From a virus (lineage: Duplodnaviria; Caudoviricetes), in the IMG/VR virus record IMGVR_UViG_3300010047_000002, positions 1-45,449 of that record: a stretch of DNA of 45,449 nt; one strand, 5' to 3'. Below, piece after piece: positions 16,584 through 24,344 of the stretch. The translations under genes were made by a program, and so were the position numbers. Each line of letters opens with the position of its first letter. Position 1 is the stretch's first letter. Under the pieces are notes generated by a model. The model was not told the DNA's origin and did not search any database. It saw nothing but the letters and a program-made list of their open reading frames with translations.

Positions 16584-16876
16584 GGGCGTTTCGTCGGTAG
16601 TTTGCTTTCCACCATCGCGCACGGCTCCAGCACGGTGAGAAACTTGCCGTCGGCCAGATTGATAATGCAGTGCACATCCATGCTCAAGAGGCGTTTCGCC
16701 CGGTCCTTTTGCGGCGTGCGCAAGCCAACGATGTGGTTGGGATTGATCTGCACCAGCCCGCCGTCGAGCGTGTGCAGTTCCACCAGATCCATACCGCGTG
16801 CCTCATACCAGATGAGAAACACCATCAGCGCCGCCACCAGCACGATGAAGACGGCGCGCGCGATTAAGCCGCCCAT
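16580..16876 (-). CDS. Membrane-anchored/secreted protein, 98 aa (possibly lysis-associated)
   Basis: N-terminal hydrophobic segment AVFIVLVAALMVFLIWY; TGATG-coupled start at 16876. Confidence 0.65.
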   Translation of the reverse strand: MGGLIARAVFIVLVAALMVFLIWYEARGMDLVELHTLDGGLVQINPNHIVGLRTPQKDRAKRLLSMDVHCIINLADGKFLTVLEPCAMVESKLPTKRP

Positions 16877-17115
16877 CAAGCCTCGCCCATGAAGTTGCGT
16901 ATATACGTCTTGCGCAGCGCCTCGCGTGCAAGTTTGCGTGACCATAGGCGCACCGCCTCGTTGGCCTCCAGCGTATACAAATCCACCGCAACCTCGGGCG
17001 GCAACAGCGCCGGCAATACCTTGACCGGCATAATGTTGGCCACGCGCACAATCGCGGGCGCCGCCAAGAACCCAAACACCCCCGACAGAAAGCCGCGCCG
17101 GTCTAGGCTGCCCAC
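16876..17115 (-). CDS. Twin-arginine-signal protein carrying a copy of the MCP N-terminus, 79 aa
   Basis: GTG at 17115 with an AGGAG SD 6 nt upstream; LDRRGFL...LAAPAIVR; C-terminal EAVRLWSRKLAREALRKTYIRNFMG. Confidence 0.85.
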   Translation of the reverse strand: MGSLDRRGFLSGVFGFLAAPAIVRVANIMPVKVLPALLPPEVAVDLYTLEANEAVRLWSRKLAREALRKTYIRNFMGEA

Positions 17116-18611
17116 GCCGAGCTCCTGGTGGTGCGGCGTTTGTAGCGATCGACGGTGGGCGGGACAAATTCGGGCATGAACCCGCAGGCCCCGGTCATGT
17201 AGGCGTCGGCCCCATGGCTCGCCCAATTGTGCAGAGGCTCCGACTTGTACGTGCCGAGGCGCTCGTCCCAGACCTTGGTGTAGTTGTCGAGGCATCGCAC
17301 ACCTTGCGCGCAATTCGCCTCGTCGATCCAGCACATGGCTAACCAATTGCGCGCCGCCTCAATCGCGTCGGCCTTGTTTTGGATGCGGGGGACGACGATG
17401 AAACTGATGCCGAGGTTATATGCCACGTCCTTAATTTTCTCTCGCCCTGGTAATACCCAATGGGAGGCGTCCAGATCGTGAGGCCCGTAGTGTCTGCCGT
17501 AGTGCCATCCGTTAACATCAGCAAGGCGTCGGAGTTCGTTGACGTAGTGGGCGACGCCTTCACCGGTATCCTCCAGGTAGTAGATGAAATGGACCATCTG
17601 CCCGTGGCTCTGAAAAAACCAGACCGCGGTGTTATCGGATTTGCCGATATCCCAGCAGGTGTGCACGGGCCGGGTGATGTCGCAGGTGACGCGCCCGAGG
17701 CGCCGGTCCTCGCGCATCTTGGTCATCTGCGCGCGGAAGTAAGCACCCTCAAGCGAGATTTTAAACGCCTCTTCCGCCGTCGAGGGATACTCACGCCACA
17801 TATGATCAGGACCAATGGCGCGTTGTCGTGTGACGTACCAGGCCTTTTGCTCGGGCGTGAGATCGATGCCGTTTTTGGCCTTGAGGGTGGCGAAATACTC
17901 CTCAATCTCCTTTGAAAGCACGACCACAGCAGGGTCTTCGTTGTAGGTCTCGTGCTCCCACCAGGGCAGGAAAATCAGCCGAAACTGTTGGTCCGCAAGA
18001 GGTCGCCCGGCTTTGGCCGCAGCATCGGCGTCCTGCACGAGGTCGTAGAAATCGCCGGCCGCGCCTTCGGCTGTACTTTCAACGAAGACCAACGAACCCT
18101 TGTGCACAGTACCGAACGCCCCGGTCCGTATTTCCTTAGACCGCTGGGGAGCGGTGGCGGAAATTTTCCCCATCTCGGATACATGCAGTATCTGGAGCGT
18201 GCCACCGCGATGACTGGTTCCCACGTCGATGCGAGACCCGTTGCTCCACTCCAGAGATGTCGCATTGTCGCTCACCAATCTGCGGATCGATTTAATCTCG
18301 CGCGGGAGCTTCTCATAGGCAAAGCGCACCTTGTCCAGTTTTTTCGTGGCATCGGTCAGGGTCGCGTCGATCAAGCCGCAGTGGGTGTTCGAGTTGAAGA
18401 GGCAAGCATCGAGCATCAGGATTGCAATGAACGTGCTAATCCCACGCTGCCTGGCCTTCAGTACGAGGTTCCAGTAGTGCACCTGCGACCACAGCGCCCT
18501 TTGCGCTTGGTTGCGGGTGAAGATCACTTCCTGGCCGCGCTCGTCGACAATCGAGTAGAGGTTGTCGAGGCGCCATTCGCGGTCGGCAAAGTAGGCGACG
18601 TTGTCAGCCAT
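17103..18611 (-). CDS. terL: Terminase large subunit, 502 aa
   Basis: KARQRGIST (Walker A), LHVSE (Walker B), ESTAEG, WDIG and HGADA nuclease motifs. Confidence 0.95.
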   Translation of the reverse strand: MADNVAYFADREWRLDNLYSIVDERGQEVIFTRNQAQRALWSQVHYWNLVLKARQRGISTFIAILMLDACLFNSNTHCGLIDATLTDATKKLDKVRFAYEKLPREIKSIRRLVSDNATSLEWSNGSRIDVGTSHRGGTLQILHVSEMGKISATAPQRSKEIRTGAFGTVHKGSLVFVESTAEGAAGDFYDLVQDADAAAKAGRPLADQQFRLIFLPWWEHETYNEDPAVVVLSKEIEEYFATLKAKNGIDLTPEQKAWYVTRQRAIGPDHMWREYPSTAEEAFKISLEGAYFRAQMTKMREDRRLGRVTCDITRPVHTCWDIGKSDNTAVWFFQSHGQMVHFIYYLEDTGEGVAHYVNELRRLADVNGWHYGRHYGPHDLDASHWVLPGREKIKDVAYNLGISFIVVPRIQNKADAIEAARNWLAMCWIDEANCAQGVRCLDNYTKVWDERLGTYKSEPLHNWASHGADAYMTGACGFMPEFVPPTVDRYKRRTTRSSAWAA

Positions 18612-19066
18612 CAGTAGCCCCCGCGCCGATAACGCGCCTGGGCATCGGGTGGCCCGGTGTCGCCGGCAATGTCATCCCAGATGCTGCCGGCCTGCATGCC
18701 AGAGCTCATCCCAACCGGGATCGCGGGCAGCGCCTGCCTGAAGAGATACGAGAGCGGCAGCCCTACGCCATAGCGCGCGCCCATGTAGGCACCAGCGCCC
18801 ATACCACCTGCCAAAGCTAGCGGGGCCCCGGCACCAAGGCCTGCCGCCGAACGCGCCCGGCGCATGTTCTCTCTGGTCTGGCGATCAAACAGGTCCGCTT
18901 TTTCCGGCGAGATCACGCTGGGCGCGAGCTTGGCAACCTGCTTAGCCGCTAGACCCGACATTCCCAGCGGATTGGCAAAGCCAGACGCAGCGCCCGCGAA
19001 CTGCCGGCGCCACCAGGCACCGATGTCCTCCGGTTCTGGATTGGCGAGGTAGTCCTCATCGGCCAT
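18611..19066 (-). CDS. Hypothetical Gly/Ala-rich protein, 151 aa
   Basis: TGATG-coupled to terL. Confidence 0.65.
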   Translation of the reverse strand: MADEDYLANPEPEDIGAWWRRQFAGAASGFANPLGMSGLAAKQVAKLAPSVISPEKADLFDRQTRENMRRARSAAGLGAGAPLALAGGMGAGAYMGARYGVGLPLSYLFRQALPAIPVGMSSGMQAGSIWDDIAGDTGPPDAQARYRRGGY

Positions 19067-19312
19067 CGGGTTGCTGCTTCAAGAGTTGCTGGGAGAACAA
19101 AAAAAATTTTGCAGATTTGGCGGGGTGACCCCCCTGCCCATGCAAGTGCACCCCCCCCCCGGCCTCCGGACCCATGGGGGGTCGATTTCCTAGCAAAAAG
19201 CATGCTTTTTTGCCCATCCACTCCTGCTCAAAGGGATGGGCCAGACCAGCGCTATCAACGCCTTAGGTCGAGCTCGTCGGGTTCGGTGAACCCAGAATGG
19301 GTCGATTCACGC

Positions 19313-19717
19313 TCAAGTTGCGCCGCCATCTTCGCCCGGCTCTTCTCTGAGCGACGGCAGTCGCGTCATTTCATGCTCAATCACATGGCCATTGCCGTGA
19401 CCATTGCGCGCTGGGATCGAGCGGCTATCGCCATCGTGCTGCTGCAGCAAGCGCGAGAGCTCGGCGCTCACGCCAAACAGCATTTGCCCTTCGATCGGCT
19501 GTGAGGCTTTGCCGAGTATCCTGTCGAAACACTCACGAATGGCCGCAACGCGCGTCATTTCGTGCTTGGCGTATTTAGTCAAGCGCACGAGCTCATTGAC
19601 CATATCGGGCGCATGCAATGCCAATGCGGCCTTGATGTCCGCATTTGCCTTGCTGCGCGGGCTGCCTTTCTTGCGGCCCGCATTGGCTGGTCGAGGCTGG
19701 CCTTTGACGAACGGCAT
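19313..19717 (-). CDS. terS: Terminase small subunit, 134 aa
   Basis: MPFVKGQ...AGRKKGSP and DRILGKASQ motifs; upstream of terL. Confidence 0.75.
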   Translation of the reverse strand: MPFVKGQPRPANAGRKKGSPRSKANADIKAALALHAPDMVNELVRLTKYAKHEMTRVAAIRECFDRILGKASQPIEGQMLFGVSAELSRLLQQHDGDSRSIPARNGHGNGHVIEHEMTRLPSLREEPGEDGGAT

Positions 19718-19919
19718 TTACGTTATGACTGCATGTGACTTTAACGGGCAATCACGTGCAAAGCGCATGTTATGAGATGCCGGATTGGATCGATTATCAC
19801 GCCGTATACATGACCCCTCGCGCCTACCACCGAAAACGCGAGGACACGGGCTGGCTGGCATCGATCAATCCTTGGTTTGCTGGGATCTCCGGCGAAGCCC
19901 CTGGATAGCCGCCCATGCA

Positions 19920-20243
19920 CTACCTTTTCGAACCAGCCTTAATATCGTCGTGCTTCATTTCCGGCACTGGCTTAGGCTGAGCTGCTTGCTCCGGAGGTTT
20001 ATTGGCATCCTTAACGGCTTTGGATTTATCCTCCATCGCCTTTTCCTCGGCCTTGAAGTCGACAGGTGCCAGATCCATTGGCGAAAACTTATAGACCCCA
20101 CCGGCCGGCGCGCCTTCGAACGTGCAGGTGATGCCGCTATCGTCGATCTCCATGATGATCATCGGCACCTTGACGCGCTGCTCAGCCGGAACTGCAGCCT
20201 GGGGACGATGATGCACCCAATCACCTACGGCATAATCGGTCAT
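19920..20243 (-). CDS. Hypothetical protein with SH3/YodC-like N-terminus, 107 aa
   Basis: Start MTDYAVGDWV, 1 nt after the upstream stop, with a GAGG SD. Confidence 0.55.
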   Translation of the reverse strand: MTDYAVGDWVHHRPQAAVPAEQRVKVPMIIMEIDDSGITCTFEGAPAGGVYKFSPMDLAPVDFKAEEKAMEDKSKAVKDANKPPEQAAQPKPVPEMKHDDIKAGSKR

Positions 20244-20244
20244 T

Positions 20245-20448
20245 TCAGCCTCGCTTGTTGATAGGGGTGCCGCTAACGTAGGCGCCGCCGTAGCGATCGC
20301 CTTCCTTTTTTTGACGAATGCCACTGCCTTTGTCCGCTTCGTTGAATTCTTTGGCGACGCTTTGGGGGATGCCGGCTTTGGCGGCGAAGGCTTTGTCGTG
20401 CGCGGCGGCCGCCATGAAGCGCGCTTGCGCTGGACTTTTGGAGGGCAT
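20245..20448 (-). CDS. Small phage protein, 67 aa
   Basis: MPSKSPAQARFMAAAAHD...GIPQSVAKEF, a pattern recurrent in phage late regions. Confidence 0.75.
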   Translation of the reverse strand: MPSKSPAQARFMAAAAHDKAFAAKAGIPQSVAKEFNEADKGSGIRQKKEGDRYGGAYVSGTPINKRG

Positions 20449-20463
20449 GGCTTGGCCTTTGCT

Positions 20464-20658
20464 TTAATAGGTTTGCTTTTTGGGTTGCGACGCGGGCGCC
20501 GGACCATCGGGATCACTCCTGACGCCGCCCGAGCCGGCTTTTGAACCGTCCTGATACTGTTTGCCGCCCCGGTTCACATTGTCGTTCCCCGAGTACGTGT
20601 CCGACCTCGGGGCAATCGAGTCCTGTGTTTGGCTCGCGAAGCTGTCGTGCTTCGGCAT
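20464..20658 (-). CDS. Hypothetical protein, ~64 aa (frame ambiguous)
   Basis: Ends 15 nt before the next start; a competing frame 20746..20513 exists. Confidence 0.35.
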   Translation of the reverse strand: MPKHDSFASQTQDSIAPRSDTYSGNDNVNRGGKQYQDGSKAGSGGVRSDPDGPAPASQPKKQTY

Positions 20659-20831
20659 CTTCTGCGTTGACTTGTGCAGCGGCATCTGCGGCCTCCTTTG
20701 CTCGGCGCTCAGCCAGGATCTGGTCAAGGTTGTAGGTGCGCGGCATGGCCGGGCCCTTTTCGAACAGATTTTTACGGATGGAGTTTTCGAGTACATCCGG
20801 GGTGCCCCCACTGTCAATGGAGGAAATGCCC

Positions 20832-21047
20832 ATGATCGCCGCCTTGATAACCTTGGTGATCTACTTGCTGGTGATCGGCTTGGTCATCTGGCTGCTGACC
20901 TATCTGATCGATGCCATCCCAATCCCCGAGCCATTTCGCACGGTGGCGCGCACCGTCTTGATGGTTGTTGGCGTGCTGATCTGCATTGTGCTGTTGCTGC
21001 AGTTTGCCGGCGTGAGCGACGGAGGCTTGCCAAGGCTGACGCGTTAA
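20832..21047 (+). CDS. Two-TM membrane protein (Thivi_2564-like), 71 aa
   Basis: GGAGG SD; LVIYLLVIGLVIWLL...IPIPEPFRT...VLICIVLLL. Confidence 0.75.
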   Translation: MIAALITLVIYLLVIGLVIWLLTYLIDAIPIPEPFRTVARTVLMVVGVLICIVLLLQFAGVSDGGLPRLTR

Positions 21048-21147
21048 GCGTAAGCGGGGTCCCAGCTCCAAAGATGAGGGAGGTTTGGGCTGAGACCCCT
21101 GTTGCCAGCGCCGTCAGCGGGGAGCACAGGGCGCCGACAATTCGCAA

Positions 21148-21441
21148 TCATTCCTCGAACAGATCGAGGGTGTGCTTGCAGCGGTCTTGATCAGGCTCCT
21201 CCTCCGTAGCACTGCGCCGGGCGCAAAATGCCGTACAGGTTGGGCGCCCATCACCATCATATTTCCACTCCGGCGGATAATCTTTTTCGCCAATATTGAA
21301 CAGGACCGCATTTGTTAAGACCGCGCACGTCGTCTGATCCTCGGTGCAGTGATTGCAGAACCGTTCCATAAAAATCATGCCCTCCGTGCCATTGCTGGGA
21401 CGGTAGGGTTCGCCGGCACAGTCCGGATAATGCACGGGCAT
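21148..21441 (-). CDS. Cys-rich hypothetical protein, ~97 aa
   Basis: AGGAG SD; PSNGTEGMIFMERFCxxC motif. Confidence 0.7.
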   Translation of the reverse strand: MPVHYPDCAGEPYRPSNGTEGMIFMERFCNHCTEDQTTCAVLTNAVLFNIGEKDYPPEWKYDGDGRPTCTAFCARRSATEEEPDQDRCKHTLDLFEE

Positions 21442-21446
21442 CGAGA

Positions 21447-21653
21447 TCACTCCTGGGCTGGCGTTGACGCAACATCATCTTCATCACTTGCAAGCGGGTT
21501 CTCCCGGATAGTTTGGATGGCGATACGCGCGGCCTCGCGATAGTACTCGCCGAGGTGTTTCCAATCGTCATTCCACTGCGCCAGTTGGCTTTCATCCTGC
21601 ACTTGGTCATATGCGAATAGCGCTTTGGCAACCTTATCGACGAGCTCGCTCAT
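21447..21653 (-). CDS. Hypothetical protein, 68 aa
   Basis: GGAG SD; LVDKVAKAL...YREAARIAI. Confidence 0.65.
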   Translation of the reverse strand: MSELVDKVAKALFAYDQVQDESQLAQWNDDWKHLGEYYREAARIAIQTIRENPLASDEDDVASTPAQE

Positions 21654-21834
21654 ATTTTTTCTCCGGCGCGATATCGATGTAGATGCTGAATGGCTCTTCC
21701 TTCAATGCGGCATCAGCCAATGCTCTGAACACGGCCTCGAACCTGCGGTAGCGTGTGGTGCCATGCGGCGTGATCTGCATCGCCGAAAACAAGGCATCAA
21801 GCAGCATGTCAAGCTCTTGTCGTCTCCAGCGCAT
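21634..21834 (-). CDS. Hypothetical protein, 66 aa
   Basis: GGAG SD; within the operon. Confidence 0.5.
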   Translation of the reverse strand: MRWRRQELDMLLDALFSAMQITPHGTTRYRRFEAVFRALADAALKEEPFSIYIDIAPEKKYERARR

Positions 21835-21846
21835 ACGTGAACTCCA

Positions 21847-22152
21847 TTAACACTGGCGCCCGCCCGGTCGAACGAGCGCCAGCAGGCTTTTCAGCAACAT
21901 CCGCCTCGGCCCATTGTTGGGGCGCGGGCGTAGCACAGTCCCACTTCCATCCTTTCGAGCAACAAGGGGAATGCTCGCCGCTTGCTGCGAGGGCGAGCTT
22001 GCCGCACGAGCGAGGCGAGCGCGATGCTCAGCATGGACGCGCGCTCTCACTGCGTACCAATCAGCCCAATTACGTTTGTCCTCCTCAACGGCCACCAGAT
22101 GCGGCTGCGTTGGTAAAAGGTAGGGGTTCGACGGGATGTTGTCGTATTGCAT
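21847..22152 (-). CDS. Hypothetical protein, 101 aa
   Basis: Strong AAGGAGGAG SD, but overlaps the upstream gene by 68 nt. Confidence 0.45.
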   Translation of the reverse strand: MQYDNIPSNPYLLPTQPHLVAVEEDKRNWADWYAVRARVHAEHRARLARAASSPSQQAASIPLVARKDGSGTVLRPRPNNGPRRMLLKSLLALVRPGGRQC

Positions 22153-22465
22153 CGAGCTCCTCCTTCGGCACCGCCTGCCACACCACCGCCTTGCGGCCCG
22201 AGTGCGTGCGGCGCTCGATGCCGCTGTCGCGCACGAGACCAGCCTCCACGAGCTCGACGCGGCGCGGCCGTTGCGTTGATGGGTTCATGTCGAGAATATC
22301 CTGCATCTGCTCATCGGTGAGACCGCTGGGCACCTCGCGCAGGAGCGTCAGGATTTTAGCGCGCTGCGTGCCGGCCGCCGGCTCAGCGGCTTCCATTGCC
22401 GCCCGGCTGGTCGCACTGCCGCGCACAAACTTGCGGCCGAATAGATCGCCTTGGTCGTCTTTCAT
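22085..22465 (-). CDS. Winged HTH protein, 126 aa
   Basis: GLTDEQM...STQRPRRVELVEAGLVRDSG...SGRKAVVW. Confidence 0.75.
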   Translation of the reverse strand: MKDDQGDLFGRKFVRGSATSRAAMEAAEPAAGTQRAKILTLLREVPSGLTDEQMQDILDMNPSTQRPRRVELVEAGLVRDSGIERRTHSGRKAVVWQAVPKEELDAIRQHPVEPLPFTNAAASGGR

Positions 22466-22809
22466 TTTTTCTCTGGCTTGTAATGCGGCTCCGCGACCGA
22501 TGTGTAGATGAGCTCCACCGCTGCGTTTTTATCGACCGGTCGGCGCTGCTCTAAATCGTCCCAAACCTCATTTTCCAAAGACTGCTTTCTCTCCTCACGC
22601 CGCGCCGCGCGTAATTGTGCCAGGTTCTCCAACTCGCGGCCGTGCTTTCTCTCAGCGCGCAGTTTGTCTGCTGTTGCAACGTACGCCGCAGCACTTTTGG
22701 AGGAGCGGAAAATCTCACGCGCCCTTGCTGCGTGTTCCTGCACGCGCGGATCTGTCAGCAACCGCAATCGTCGTTTTTCATACCAGGCCTTGCTTCTGCT
22801 TCTGGCCAT
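22462..22809 (-). CDS. Hypothetical basic protein, 115 aa
   Basis: Coupled to both neighbours. Confidence 0.55.
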   Translation of the reverse strand: MARSRSKAWYEKRRLRLLTDPRVQEHAARAREIFRSSKSAAAYVATADKLRAERKHGRELENLAQLRAARREERKQSLENEVWDDLEQRRPVDKNAAVELIYTSVAEPHYKPEKK

Positions 22810-22810
22810 G

Positions 22811-23377
22811 TCACTTCACCAATCTGAAATGCATGGCGAGATTGCCCAGCCATTCACGCATGGTGCCGAGCGCGTAGGCCGGCACTTTCCTCGAGTTTGC
22901 ACCGTAGGTATTGGTGAGCTCGTGCGTGATCTCAGCCAGCGATGGCATGTCCTCGGTCTGCGCCACGGCGCTCACCAAGATCACGGCATGTTTGCGATTG
23001 AGCCGGCGCTCGCCGATCTCGTCGTAGACGCCAACGGCGGCAGTAAGGGCGTCGCGCAGCCTGATGGTATTGCTCTCGGGCCGCCGGCCCCCAACGAACG
23101 ACGCCCTTCCCTCAAAATCAATGATCCACCCCGTTAAGCGCCGGCCGAGGCGGTCTGCTTTACTGTGGGGAGCGTCGCCCCGGCCGGCATCGTCGCCATA
23201 GCTGGAGATACCTGACGAGGAGGGCATCTCCGCCATGACGAGCATGCGCAGCATATCGGCTGCTGCGTATTGGTCGAATGAAATTAGCTTTTGTTTGTGC
23301 AGGCGATCAGCAAGGCTCAGCACACGCTGGCGCACTTGCCCGGCATGGGCTGTCGGTTCCTCGCTGATCTCGCGCAT
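22811..23377 (-). CDS. Hypothetical protein, possible late-gene regulator, 188 aa
   Basis: DRLHKQKLISFDQYAAA motif and HTH-like C-terminus; function inferred from position only. Confidence 0.6.
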   Translation of the reverse strand: MREISEEPTAHAGQVRQRVLSLADRLHKQKLISFDQYAAADMLRMLVMAEMPSSSGISSYGDDAGRGDAPHSKADRLGRRLTGWIIDFEGRASFVGGRRPESNTIRLRDALTAAVGVYDEIGERRLNRKHAVILVSAVAQTEDMPSLAEITHELTNTYGANSRKVPAYALGTMREWLGNLAMHFRLVK

Positions 23378-23379
23378 GA

Positions 23380-23610
23380 TTAGCTCACGATCTCATCAAC
23401 GTCGGACTCGGTTGCCATCGAGCGGAAGGCGAGCGAGACAAACTTCGTGCCGTGCTTGTCTGACCGCACCCAGCCGCGCACCTGATAGGCCTGCCCGTCA
23501 ATTTCGCAGTCACCCAAAAAATCCGAGTGATGCGGTAGCTCTTTCGTCATGTTTTTGAAGATCGCGCCCGTGCCGGCGTCGCCGGGGCGGAGATGTTGAC
23601 TCAAACCCAT
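23380..23610 (-). CDS. Small SSB-like (DUF736-type) protein, 76 aa
   Basis: GAIFKN...DFLG...IDG...Y...GW...KFVSL pattern; GGAGG SD. Confidence 0.6.
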   Translation of the reverse strand: MGLSQHLRPGDAGTGAIFKNMTKELPHHSDFLGDCEIDGQAYQVRGWVRSDKHGTKFVSLAFRSMATESDVDEIVS

Positions 23611-23633
23611 TACGTCCTCCTACCGCGCTGGCT

Positions 23634-24329
23634 TTACCTATCGGAGATCGAGGGCGCGCCCACGGGCACGTGGATCGTCTCCAAGTCTTCGAGCTTGAAG
23701 GCTCCCGTGAAGGCGCGCATGCCAAACTCCCGCCGCCGCCCCGGATGCCCGCTGGTCGGCGCCCGAGGTTTAGATCCTGCCGGCGTCGAGGCGGTCGGAC
23801 CGCCTGTCCGCCCGCGCAATCCAACCGAACGGAGCTCGCCGAGTGGAACACCGGCTGCGCCGCCAATGGTGCCCGCCACTTCACCATTACTCCTCGGCAC
23901 GAGCTTGCGCCGCCCGAGTTTGTGAATGGCTTGTTTGCCCTCCTTGCCGCTCGGCAGCACCGTGCGTTTGAAGCTGGTGGCGACGTGCCCGCCGCCGAGC
24001 GTGAACTCGAACGGGGGAACTTTCTTGCCTTGATCAAAGGCAATCAACGCAAGTTGCGCGGTGCGCGGCGTTAGGTAGGTGTAACGCAGGCCACGGCGCG
24101 GATCGGTAATCCTGATCGATTGCAGATCACTCGCGATGTGATCAGCCCACGGCGCCGCTCGCTTCACCGCATCGCTCACCATGCAGTGAAATGAATTGGC
24201 CCGGCACGCCGTGGCAACAATCTCCTCGGTGACCTTGACCCTGATTTTTGGCGCCCTGAAGCTGCGCAACCTTTTGACGGCTAGTCCGCCTGTGGCGCCC
24301 TTCGTGATCTGCGTATTTTTTAGCGACAT
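23634..24329 (-). CDS. Hypothetical protein, 231 aa (paralogue of 29909..30343)
   Basis: AAGGAGG SD; VT...C...LRY...FDQG motif. Confidence 0.75.
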   Translation of the reverse strand: MSLKNTQITKGATGGLAVKRLRSFRAPKIRVKVTEEIVATACRANSFHCMVSDAVKRAAPWADHIASDLQSIRITDPRRGLRYTYLTPRTAQLALIAFDQGKKVPPFEFTLGGGHVATSFKRTVLPSGKEGKQAIHKLGRRKLVPRSNGEVAGTIGGAAGVPLGELRSVGLRGRTGGPTASTPAGSKPRAPTSGHPGRRREFGMRAFTGAFKLEDLETIHVPVGAPSISDR

Positions 24330-24344
24330 GAGAACCTCCTTTGG

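Noticed and set aside
16371-16876. Rz/Rz1 spanin pair
   Set aside because: No lipobox or nested lipoprotein ORF could be identified; left as membrane proteins.
17116-17346. N-terminal extension of the 156-aa ORF-track call 16876..17346
   Set aside because: It overlaps terL out of frame; the SD-supported GTG at 17115 puts the RR motif at the N-terminus as expected.
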